NCBI GenBank assembly: GCA_034430595.1
Contig: DAOUEL010000031.1
Span: forward strand, 2,596 to 66,595
Reading direction: 5' to 3'
Length of the DNA stretch: 64,000 nt
Source of the DNA: Anaerolineales bacterium
Lineage (GTDB): Bacteria; Chloroflexota; Anaerolineae; Anaerolineales; E44-bin32
The position numbers and the translations under genes are program-made. Under the pieces are notes generated by a model. It saw only the letters and a program-made list of their open reading frames with translations, ran no database searches and was not told the DNA's origin. Below are positions 19,488 through 27,441 of this stretch, piece by piece. Every line of letters begins with the position of its first letter. Position 1 is the first letter of the stretch.

Positions 19488-20246
19488 CTACAAACGCAAC
19501 GAGGCTGTTTCGTCAGGGTTTCGAATTCCCCGGCTGAGAAAATGGAGAATCAGGAGTGAGGCTACCAGCACCACCAGGCTGACAAGCTGCGCCGCCCGCA
19601 GTGATCCGGCGATGATCAGGCTGTCGCCGCGAAAGGCTTCCAGGATCAAGCGCGCCGTCGCCTGCAGCGCGATGAAGCTGGTGAAGAGGAACCCTTGGAA
19701 GACCTGCATTTCCTGCACCCGCAGGACAATCCAGAACATCAGGCTTGCGGCCAGAGTTTCATAAACCTGCGATGGATGCCGCCTGGCACCCCAGAGCTCG
19801 ATCGACCAGGGCAGCGAGCTGGGCGCTCCAAACGCATCCCCGCTCGCCAGGTGCGCGATCCCCATAGCGATCGCGAAAACCGCAATCCCCGGCGTGAGCG
19901 CATCCAGAACTGGGAGCAGGGCCAGCTGTTTCCGTTGGATGAAAACCAAACTTGCTAGAATTCCGACGGCAAACCCCTCAAACACTGAGAGAGTGTTTGG
20001 GTTAAGTGCCAACAAGGCCAGCGGTTGTTCGAGATACAAATCGAGGAAGTGCAGTGCATATCCCAGCCTGGCCCCCACGATTCCGGCCACCAGGCTAATC
20101 AAGACGACATCCGATAATTGATCGGGGATCAACCCTCGCCGCGGTGCAGCATGTTCTGCAGCTAGAATTGCCAGCCAGATTCCCGCCAGCATGATCAGCC
20201 CCGGGAATTGGATCGCCAGCGGCCCAACCTGCAGCACCGGCAGCAT
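19488..20246 (-). CDS. lgt: prolipoprotein diacylglyceryl transferase
   Basis: Multi-TM protein with IVGARLGYALHF and RRHPSQVYETL, which resemble conserved Lgt motifs. Its start overlaps the TlpA stop (TAATG). Confidence 0.8.
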   Translation of the reverse strand: MLPVLQVGPLAIQFPGLIMLAGIWLAILAAEHAAPRRGLIPDQLSDVVLISLVAGIVGARLGYALHFLDLYLEQPLALLALNPNTLSVFEGFAVGILASLVFIQRKQLALLPVLDALTPGIAVFAIAMGIAHLASGDAFGAPSSLPWSIELWGARRHPSQVYETLAASLMFWIVLRVQEMQVFQGFLFTSFIALQATARLILEAFRGDSLIIAGSLRAAQLVSLVVLVASLLILHFLSRGIRNPDETASLRL

Positions 20247-20854
20247 TACTTACTTTCTGCCAACAGAGGCTGAAGGTATGAACGCAAGGTTACTTCGTTC
20301 AAGGGGCCGCCAACGACCACTTCCTGTATGACGCCGTCGCGATCGACGAAGAAAGTTGTCGGGAGAGCGCGCGATTGGTATAGCTTTCCAACCAGGCCGC
20401 TCCGGTCAAGTAGAACCGGGAAGGACAGGCCAAGCTCCTGAACGAACGCGTTGGCGTTGGCCGGGCTATCCTGCGCGGTCATATGGACGCCAAGGACGAT
20501 CAAACCCTCGCCCTGAAGGTCTTCATAAACACGCTGCAATGCCGGCATCTCCGCCCGGCACGGAGGGCACCAGGATGCCCACAGGTTGATCACGACCACC
20601 TGCCCCCTCAGGTCCAACAGGTTGATTGAACCCGAGCCCAGGAGATCCAGCTCGAAGTCGGGAGCCAGGAACCCTGGCCGCGGGCTGGGAATCAATCCGG
20701 CGGTCGTGCTGCCCAGCGGTGCGGCGCTGGCCACGATCCAGCCTGACCCAAGCAGCAGCACGAGCACGATGATCAGAGTCATCCGGCGAGGCGACTCGAT
20801 CCATGCCACCAGCCGGTTTGTTATCCCCAACTCCAAGACAAATTCATAGAACAC
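20246..20854 (-). CDS. TlpA/ResA-family thiol-disulfide oxidoreductase (membrane-anchored thioredoxin fold)
   Basis: N-terminal TM anchor and WASWCPPCRAEMP active site. Confidence 0.85.
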   Translation of the reverse strand: MFYEFVLELGITNRLVAWIESPRRMTLIIVLVLLLGSGWIVASAAPLGSTTAGLIPSPRPGFLAPDFELDLLGSGSINLLDLRGQVVVINLWASWCPPCRAEMPALQRVYEDLQGEGLIVLGVHMTAQDSPANANAFVQELGLSFPVLLDRSGLVGKLYQSRALPTTFFVDRDGVIQEVVVGGPLNEVTLRSYLQPLLAESK

Positions 20855-20860
20855 AACCTT

Positions 20861-21583
20861 TCATCCATTGGCGTAGGCAGGCTCCAGCCCGTGCGTTAGA
20901 AGCAGTTCCGCCTGGTGCATGATTTCATCCGTAGCACCATCGGCGACGACCGACCCGGCATCGATGACGATCATCCTCGGGAGCAGATCAGCAACCAGGC
21001 GCATATCGTGGGTAGCAATCAGCATTGTCTGCGGCAGCTCCCGCAGCAGTTCGATCAACCCGCGGCGTCCACGCGGGTCGAGGCCGGAGGTAGGTTCATC
21101 CAGCACGAGAATTTCCGGATCCATCACAAGGACGCTGGCTATGGCGACGCGCTTCTTTTCGCCGCTGCTGAGGTGATGCGAGACCCTGGACTCATAACCC
21201 TTCATGCCTACTGATTCGAGCGCCATCGCGACCCGCTCATGGACCACCTCCGGATCGAGCCCCATATAGATCGGGCCAAAAGCAACATCATCAAAAACTG
21301 TCTGAGCGAAGAGCTGGTCATCAGGATCCTGAAACACGAGCCCCACCGCCGCTCGTACCCTGCCCAAATTGGCATCATCAACTGGCAGGCTGCAAACCCG
21401 AACCTCACCCTGCCCGCGTAAGATCCCATTCAGATGAAGCAGGAGCGTCGATTTTCCGGAACCGTTCGGCCCGACCAGCGCGACCTTCTCGCCCGGCTCG
21501 ATGAAAAGATCAACCCCGCGTAACGCTGGCGTCCCGTCCGGATAATCGTAGTGCAGAGCCTGCACGTCGATCGTGTGATGCAT
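20861..21583 (-). CDS. cbiO: ECF-type cobalt/nickel transporter ATPase (CbiO/EcfA)
   Basis: Walker A GPNGSGKST, signature LSSGEKKRV, Walker B ILVLDEPTSGLD. Confidence 0.85.
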   Translation of the reverse strand: MHHTIDVQALHYDYPDGTPALRGVDLFIEPGEKVALVGPNGSGKSTLLLHLNGILRGQGEVRVCSLPVDDANLGRVRAAVGLVFQDPDDQLFAQTVFDDVAFGPIYMGLDPEVVHERVAMALESVGMKGYESRVSHHLSSGEKKRVAIASVLVMDPEILVLDEPTSGLDPRGRRGLIELLRELPQTMLIATHDMRLVADLLPRMIVIDAGSVVADGATDEIMHQAELLLTHGLEPAYANG

Positions 21584-21586
21584 ACT

Positions 21587-22414
21587 CTATCTCCAGATGC
21601 CAAGAGTCATCACGGCCGAGAGCGTAATGGCGAGCAGGGCGAGAGCTGCCCAATCAAATCGGTCCATGGACGGTTGCTGCAGCAGGACAACTTCACCCTG
21701 GTAACCGCGCGAGGCCATTGCGGCGTACACACGTTCGCTACGCTCCAGGGAACGCAGGAAGAAACTTCCAACCATCGTCCCGGCCATCTGTCCCTGCCAC
21801 AGCACACCCGGTCGACGCTGGCCAGGAAGGTGCGGGCTGCGGGCGGCCCGCGCCCGGAGCATGCGCAGCACCTCATCGCCGAGCACAAAAACGTAGCGAA
21901 TCATGAAACCGATGACTGCTACCAGCAGCCTGGGAAGGCCGAGCGATTTTAACCCCCACAACATCTGTGGCACCGGCGTCGTTGCACTGAGCAGCACGCC
22001 AGCCTGCACCGCCAGCCAGGTTCGGAGCAGGATTGTCCCGAAGCGCAGCAGCCCGCTGACGGTTACTGCCCAACCCAGGCCTGGTACGACCCATACGGCC
22101 GGTCCGGGTGTCATAAATGGGATTGGGATAGCAGCCAATGCGAAGGGCAGCGCAATGAATGCCCCGCGAATTGTGTAGAGCAAACCCAGTCCGGCGGCCT
22201 TTGAGAGCAGTACCACGAGCAGCAGGATCAGCCCGAACGAAAACCAGGCGCCCTGGGGCAGCGTGACAACTGTGAGGATGATGAACAGGGCGCCCAGAAG
22301 TTTGACGCGCGGGTCCAAATCGTGAATGAAACCCGCGCGCGGCTGGTAAATATCGGTCAGGTCAAAGTGCAAATGATTACCTTCTTCGCTCGAGCCGGAA
22401 CACACCCCGTCCAA
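21587..22414 (-). CDS. cbiQ: ECF transporter transmembrane T component (CbiQ)
   Basis: IHDLDPRVKLLGALF N-terminal pattern, multi-TM, conserved ...ARAARS... loop. An alternative TTG start at 22372 (GAAGAAGG upstream) would remove the 38-nt overlap with cbiM. Confidence 0.8.
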   Translation of the reverse strand: MDGVCSGSSEEGNHLHFDLTDIYQPRAGFIHDLDPRVKLLGALFIILTVVTLPQGAWFSFGLILLLVVLLSKAAGLGLLYTIRGAFIALPFALAAIPIPFMTPGPAVWVVPGLGWAVTVSGLLRFGTILLRTWLAVQAGVLLSATTPVPQMLWGLKSLGLPRLLVAVIGFMIRYVFVLGDEVLRMLRARAARSPHLPGQRRPGVLWQGQMAGTMVGSFFLRSLERSERVYAAMASRGYQGEVVLLQQPSMDRFDWAALALLAITLSAVMTLGIWR

Positions 22415-23333
22415 CGATCCAGGCCAGAGCGAATACGATCAGGGTTCCCAGCATCACCGCAATGATCGTTGTCAGGGCCGGGTTATGGATAAACGGCACT
22501 GTATAGTCTGGCAGGATCGAATAGAGCGGCTCTGCCGCGCGCTCGAGAAAGCCGCTCTGCCCGGCGATGTATTCCAGTCCATCGGGATGCGGTGAGGCAA
22601 GCGGAGAGAAGGCGGCCACAGCCAGCGCGAGAAACAGTCCGGCCAGGACAAAGATCGCCCCTTTGCGACCAGGCGCTTGTTCGCCGGTGTGGAGAACCTC
22701 AGGTCGGCTGACCTGCAACAAGCTGATCGCGCCGCTGGTGATCAACCCTTCCCCGATGCCGATCAGCGCGTGCACGCCGGCCATCGCCGGCAGCCCGAAC
22801 TGTAAAGGGGACGTCCCGGAGACTGCAAGCTCAACTGAGGTAGCGATGGCACCCACCTCCACCGACAACCAGGCGGCTGCAAAGGCGGCCGCTACTCGGG
22901 CGGCCGACGTCTCGCCTATCCAGCGCAGCAACAGACGGTAGCACGCGTAGCCCGCGAAAGCCGTCAGCACGCCCATGTTGACGATGTTCCAGCCCAATGC
23001 GAGCAGCCCGCCATCCTGGAAGAGGAATGCCTGCACTCCGATCACGGCCGTCATAATCAGCGTCGCGGCCCATGGGCCGAGGACGATCGCCGCCAGCGTG
23101 CCGCCCAACAGGTGCCCCGAAGTGCCCGCTGCGATCGGAAAATTGATCGCCTGGGCGGCGAAAACGAAGGCCGCCAGAATGCCCATCAGCGGCACCTGGC
23201 GTTCGCCCAATTGATCCCGGGTCTGGCGGATCGCAATCCAGATCAGGACAACGGCCAGGATCCAACCCACGACGGCAACGGTAGTCGAGAGAAAACCATC
23301 AGGGATATGCATTTTGATCGGTGAGAACAGCAT
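22377..23333 (-). CDS. cbiM: CbiM/NikM substrate-capture subunit fused to a C-terminal PDGLE (CbiN-like) domain
   Basis: MHIPDGFLS motif at codon 8, followed by a multi-TM body. The C-terminal SPHPDGLEYIAGQSGF...TVPFI plus a final TM give the PDGLE-domain pattern. The upstream ATG 23333 has a strong GGAGGAG. Confidence 0.85.
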   Translation of the reverse strand: MLFSPIKMHIPDGFLSTTVAVVGWILAVVLIWIAIRQTRDQLGERQVPLMGILAAFVFAAQAINFPIAAGTSGHLLGGTLAAIVLGPWAATLIMTAVIGVQAFLFQDGGLLALGWNIVNMGVLTAFAGYACYRLLLRWIGETSAARVAAAFAAAWLSVEVGAIATSVELAVSGTSPLQFGLPAMAGVHALIGIGEGLITSGAISLLQVSRPEVLHTGEQAPGRKGAIFVLAGLFLALAVAAFSPLASPHPDGLEYIAGQSGFLERAAEPLYSILPDYTVPFIHNPALTTIIAVMLGTLIVFALAWIVGRGVFRLERRR

Positions 23334-23352
23334 GTCCAGCTCTCCTCCTGTT

Positions 23353-23796
23353 TCAGGTTGAATTTTTCTGATCCTTGCGGCAGCTTGCGCAAAGCCCTTC
23401 CAGCGTCAGGTGGTTCATGTCGACGCGAAAATCCGTCTCTCGCTGCACCATTTCCTGTAGCGGTTTGATACGCTCCGAATCGAGTTCCTGAACCCCCCCG
23501 CACACCCGGCAGACTAGGTGTGCATGAGGGTGATTGGAATCACGCAGGGAAAATTGCAGTGGCTCAAGGCTGGTAGAAAAGGTGTCGATCATACCGGCCC
23601 CCTGCAGCGACTCGACCGTGCGGTAAACCGTGGTCAGGTTCAGCCCAGGCAGGCGCTTTACCGCACTCTGATAGACCTGCTGCGCGGTCAGGTGTCCCCC
23701 GAGATGGGCGATTGTTTCAAGAATAATCGTTCGCTGGGCTGTTACGCGATACCCGCGTGCTCGCATCGTATCGGCCAAACGTTTGCCACATGACAT
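23353..23796 (-). CDS. Fur-family metalloregulator
   Basis: RVTAQRTIILETIAHLGGHLTAQQVY (wHTH), HPHAHLVCRVCGG and CASC (Fur-family His cluster and Cys4 site). ATG 23796 (MSCGK) has AAGGAT upstream; the track ORF extends to 23847. Confidence 0.8.
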   Translation of the reverse strand: MSCGKRLADTMRARGYRVTAQRTIILETIAHLGGHLTAQQVYQSAVKRLPGLNLTTVYRTVESLQGAGMIDTFSTSLEPLQFSLRDSNHPHAHLVCRVCGGVQELDSERIKPLQEMVQRETDFRVDMNHLTLEGLCASCRKDQKNST

Positions 23797-23807
23797 ACAG
23801 CTATCCT

Positions 23808-23829
23808 TTGCATCTGCAATCTTTTGCAA
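23808..23829. promoter_or_regulatory. candidate operator: TTGCA-TC-TGCAA palindrome plus an adjacent TTGCAA
   Basis: Seen directly, 12-33 nt upstream of the preferred start of the Fur-family gene. The function is inferred only. Confidence 0.25.
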
Positions 23830-24098
23830 GACTAGCATGGGCAGCATGCAGTGTCAAGGATGGAATTCATGGTAAGGCGGGTGACTTCCGGACAGGACGT
23901 GAACAGCCTGCAGGTCATATTCCAGGAAGAACGACTTTAGTTAGCTTTAGCGACGATTGGCATGAACTCAGTGGTGGGCAGAGCGCACATGCAGCCTATT
24001 GTGCGCGGGAGAATCCTAAAGCGGGATGCATGGGACTTAGCCGCCGTAATCCATCCACCGGGCTGGATAACCGTAAGCCCCGCTCCAGGATTGGGCCA

Positions 24099-24545
24099 TC
24101 AATCGCGCCGGCCGAAAAGCAGGATCGCTGGAACCAGGAAGAGAACGCAGAAGGCCAATATGACGGCGACATCGGTCGCCAGTGGGTAGAGCCGGACCAG
24201 ATCCATGAATTGAGCCGGTAGGCTGCCCTGCAGAGCAACCTGCCGGAGAGGATCAACACCGTAGGTTACCGGGTTGATTTTCGAGAGCAGGTCCATCCAG
24301 AGCGGAACCCCGGTCAGAGGAAAGAAAGCCCCCGACAGAAAGAACATCGGCAGCATGACGAAGTTAATGATGGTATGAAAACCCTCCATCGTCTTCTGCC
24401 GTGCCGCGATCAGGACGCCGAGCGAGGTCAAGACGACCGCCAGCAGCAGCATCAACCGATCAGCATCGCCAGCTGGTCCAACCCGAGCCGGATACCCAGC
24501 AAAGGAGCGAAGATCATCACGAGCACACCCTGGCGATCTTAGCAT
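24099..24545 (-). pseudogene. ABC-2 type transporter permease remnant (C-terminal part only, frameshifted)
   Basis: The track ORF tail ...FHTIINFVMLPMFFLSGAFFPLTGVPLWMDLLSKINPVTYGVDPLRQV is a typical ABC-2 permease C-terminus. The hydrophobic segment GVLVMIFAPLLGIRLGLDQLAMLIG sits in another frame just upstream, with the frame break near 24460. There is no N-terminal half and no ATPase partner. Confidence 0.6.
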
Positions 24546-24705
24546 GATCCACCCGAGGTAGTAATTCGTTTGCAGTCCTGACGCGCGTACGGAAAACCGT
24601 TACAATCCTTAATGCGAACTCGCGCCCTGCAGTTCGAGATCCAGGGGGAGTAACTTCGAACCCGTCAGGCGCATCAAAGCTTAAGAACAAAAGAAGGAGA
24701 GCGTT

Positions 24706-25992
24706 ATGGGAAAAGATACCCTTTCGATCAAAGACAACCGCACCGGAAAAGAATACGAGCTGCCAATTGAGAATGACACGCTTCGGGCGATGGATCTGCG
24801 TCAGATCAAAGTCAATCCGGATGACTTCGGGTTGATGTCTTATGATCCGGCCTATAAGAACACCGCCTCCACCAAGAGCACCATCACCTTCATCGACGGC
24901 GATAAGGGAATCCTGCGCTACCGCGGCTACCCGATCGAGCAGTTAGCCGAGAAAGCCACCTTCCTTGAAACGGCCTATTTGATCCTCTTCGGTGAGCTCC
25001 CAACACGTGAAGAACTAGACGCCTGGGTGTTCGACATCACCCACCACACCATTCTGCATGAGAACGTAAAAGGTTTGATGCAGGCTTTCCGCTACGACGC
25101 CCACCCGATGGGGATGCTGATCTCCTCCGTTGCGGCGCTATCAACTTTCTACCCGGAAGCCCGCAATGTCGATGATGCAGATAACCGCCTGTACCAGATT
25201 AAACGCCTGCTCGCCAAGGTTCCCACCATCGCCGCATTTTCCTACCGTCATATCCGGGGACTGCCCTATGTTTATCCGGATAACGACCTGAGCTACACCG
25301 GCAATTTCCTGAGCATGATGTTCAAGATGTCGGAAGCGAAATACGCACCGAATCCGGTGCTCGAGCATGCGCTGGACGTGCTCTTTATCCTGCACGCCGA
25401 CCACGAGCAGAACTGCAGCACCAGCACCATGCGCAACATCGGTTCTTCGAAGGCGGATCCGTACAGCGCATTTGCCGGCGCGGCCGCTGCACTCTACGGG
25501 CCCCTGCATGGTGGCGCGAACGAGGCCGTGCTGCGAATGCTGGATGAAATCGGGGATGTCAAACACGTTCCCGAGTACGTCAAGCGGGTCAAGGAAGGCG
25601 AATTTCGCTTGATGGGCTTTGGTCATCGGGTCTACAAAAATTACGATCCGCGCGCCAAAATCATCAAGGACGTAGCCGATCAGGTCTTTGAAGTGACCGG
25701 CCGCAATCCGCACCTCGATATTGCCCTTGAACTCGAGCGGATCGCTTTGGAGGACGAGTACTTCGTCTCCCGCAAGCTTTATCCCAATGTCGACTTCTAC
25801 TCGGGCATCATCTACCAGGCGATGGGGCTGCCGGTATCGCTCTTCCCGGTGTTATTTGCCATCGGCCGAACCGCCGGTTGGCTGGCTCAATGGCAAGAGA
25901 TGCTGGAAGACCCGGAGCAGGCCATCGCCCGCCCGCGGCAGGTGTTCCTTGGCGAGGACCAGCGCAACTTCATTCCGATCGCCAAGCGCTGA
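24706..25992 (+). CDS. gltA: citrate synthase
   Basis: GFGHRVYKNYDPRA signature, LHADHEQNCSTST, and AAGGAGAG upstream of the ATG. Confidence 0.92.
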   Translation: MGKDTLSIKDNRTGKEYELPIENDTLRAMDLRQIKVNPDDFGLMSYDPAYKNTASTKSTITFIDGDKGILRYRGYPIEQLAEKATFLETAYLILFGELPTREELDAWVFDITHHTILHENVKGLMQAFRYDAHPMGMLISSVAALSTFYPEARNVDDADNRLYQIKRLLAKVPTIAAFSYRHIRGLPYVYPDNDLSYTGNFLSMMFKMSEAKYAPNPVLEHALDVLFILHADHEQNCSTSTMRNIGSSKADPYSAFAGAAAALYGPLHGGANEAVLRMLDEIGDVKHVPEYVKRVKEGEFRLMGFGHRVYKNYDPRAKIIKDVADQVFEVTGRNPHLDIALELERIALEDEYFVSRKLYPNVDFYSGIIYQAMGLPVSLFPVLFAIGRTAGWLAQWQEMLEDPEQAIARPRQVFLGEDQRNFIPIAKR

Positions 25993-26019
25993 TCATCCCC
26001 GTTTCGAATCGGATGGTCT

Positions 26020-26048
26020 CGTAGGGGCGGGATAATCCCGCCCCTACG
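26020..26048. repeat. GC-rich palindromic element (REP-like), probable gltA terminator hairpin
   Basis: CGTAGGGGCGGGAT-A-ATCCCGCCCCTACG is a near-perfect 29-nt palindrome 28 nt after the gltA stop. It shares the GTAGGGGC...GCCCCTAC frame with the elements at 40.6 kb. Confidence 0.7.
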
Positions 26049-26149
26049 TGGTTCTTAAGACATCGTTTCCAACGAGGACGTGGAGAGATCTACCCGGACG
26101 CCCCGGTGCGCATTCCACTTCATCCTAAGATCCTGCGAAAAACCAACTG

Positions 26150-26179
26150 TTGTAATAGGGTAGGAATGGTGCATATAAA
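26150..26179 (+). promoter_or_regulatory. candidate sigma-70 promoter of the CODH/ACS operon
   Basis: TTGTAA (26150-26155), an 18-nt spacer, then TATAAA (26174-26179), about 85 nt upstream of the first operon ORF. Pattern match only. Confidence 0.25.
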
Positions 26180-26263
26180 GGACAACTTACCGTGCGAATC
26201 TGTGACTTTCCCCACTATTGAATTCCCTGCCCTCGAAGCATGATCTAAACAGTTCCGGACGTC

Positions 26264-27070
26264 GTGAAGTGGGAGTGTGTCGTAGTGCGGGATACCGGCC
26301 TGGCCGAGAATCCCTTTTCCATTTTAGCGGTCACCCAGGGCAGGTGGGGGGAGCGGATTGCGCAGAACATCGCCGACCATGCTCCAGCCACCTGGGACGT
26401 GCATACCTGGGCCGCTCCGCGCGTCATTCCCCCGATCGTCGACTATCCTGAAGACTACCTGCCTGACTCATTCCCCCAGGTCGATATGGTCCTGGCCCTG
26501 GGGGATGTACCCGGCTTCGCACAGCTCGTGCCGGAGATCGCCCGCATGAGCGGGGCGCGCGCCGTCCTGGCTCCTATCGACCGCAACGCCTCGCTGCCCG
26601 AAGGCTTGGCCCGGCAAGTGAAAGGCTGGCTCGAGGCAATCGACGTAGCCGTCGCCTTCCCCAAGCCATTTTGCTCGCTGACCGAATCAAGCTACAACCG
26701 CACGCCTCTCGTGCAGCCGCTGGAAGATGAGACCTTGAAGCGTTTCGCACGCCATTATGGACGCCCGAGTTTCCGGATCGAAGTCGAAGGCGGGCTGATT
26801 AGCGAGATTGAAGTGCTGCGCGATGCCGGCTGCGGATGCGCCGCTAACATCGCACAAGGCTTACTCGGCACAGCGGTCCAAGATGCCATCGAAGCGGCTG
26901 GCCTTCTCCACCACCACTTCCCATGCCTCGCCGATATGCAGAAGGATGGCGACTACCACGACACGCTGATGCATGTTTCGGGGAATTTACTCAAGGACAC
27001 CATAAGGGAAGCGCTTAGACCCCACCTTGAGGCAAGCTACATTCGTCCGCAAGGCCGCCATGAGACTTAG
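26264..27070 (+). CDS. uncharacterised protein, possibly DUF166-like; first gene of the CODH/ACS operon
   Basis: 268-aa ORF with coding-like composition. ILAVTQGRWGERIAQNIADH (Rossmann-like start), FPKPFCSLTES, DAGCGCAANIA and HHHFPC Cys/His patches. The DUF166 assignment is from memory only, and the start codon (GTG 26264) is uncertain. Confidence 0.65.
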   Translation: MKWECVVVRDTGLAENPFSILAVTQGRWGERIAQNIADHAPATWDVHTWAAPRVIPPIVDYPEDYLPDSFPQVDMVLALGDVPGFAQLVPEIARMSGARAVLAPIDRNASLPEGLARQVKGWLEAIDVAVAFPKPFCSLTESSYNRTPLVQPLEDETLKRFARHYGRPSFRIEVEGGLISEIEVLRDAGCGCAANIAQGLLGTAVQDAIEAAGLLHHHFPCLADMQKDGDYHDTLMHVSGNLLKDTIREALRPHLEASYIRPQGRHET

Positions 27071-27088
27071 TCGAAGGAGGACGATTTA

Positions 27089-27400
27089 ATGGAAGAGCTC
27101 ATCTTTGAGATGCCGTCGATGTACGGCGACCACCACGTGCTGAAGGTGAGAGATGCACTGACCGAAATTGAGGGGATCCATGAAATCTATGCCAGCTCAG
27201 CCTGGAAACAACTGATGATTTCCTATGATCCCAAGCTGGTGGAACCGGCAGAGATCGAGAAGGTCCTGACCGCAGCAGGCTACCCGCCCAACGAAGGTGA
27301 GCCACCACTGCTTGTGCACCCTACCAGTATTAAACGAGACCCGCAGTGGGCGCTTTTCGGCGTTCGGGTCACAGAGACTAACCCGGCGGATTTGAAGTAA
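27089..27400 (+). CDS. HMA-fold (heavy-metal-associated-like) small protein with His-His in place of CxxC
   Basis: GAAGGAGG lies 8 nt upstream of the ATG. LIFEMPSMYGDHHVLKVRDALTEIEGIHEIYASSAWKQLMISYDPKLVEPAEIEKVLTAAGY follows the beta-alpha-beta-beta-alpha-beta HMA pattern, but the GMTCxxC loop reads SMYGDHH. Confidence 0.75.
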   Translation: MEELIFEMPSMYGDHHVLKVRDALTEIEGIHEIYASSAWKQLMISYDPKLVEPAEIEKVLTAAGYPPNEGEPPLLVHPTSIKRDPQWALFGVRVTETNPADLK

Positions 27401-27441
27401 TAGATCCAGTTTTATCCATTTCAGGATTGAGGAGTAGCCCT

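Noticed and set aside
19516-19530. tRNA T-arm-like string GGGTTTCGAATTCCC
   Set aside because: It lies inside the 3' end of the lgt CDS and deviates from GGTTCGAATCC. No acceptor or anticodon stems could be built around it.
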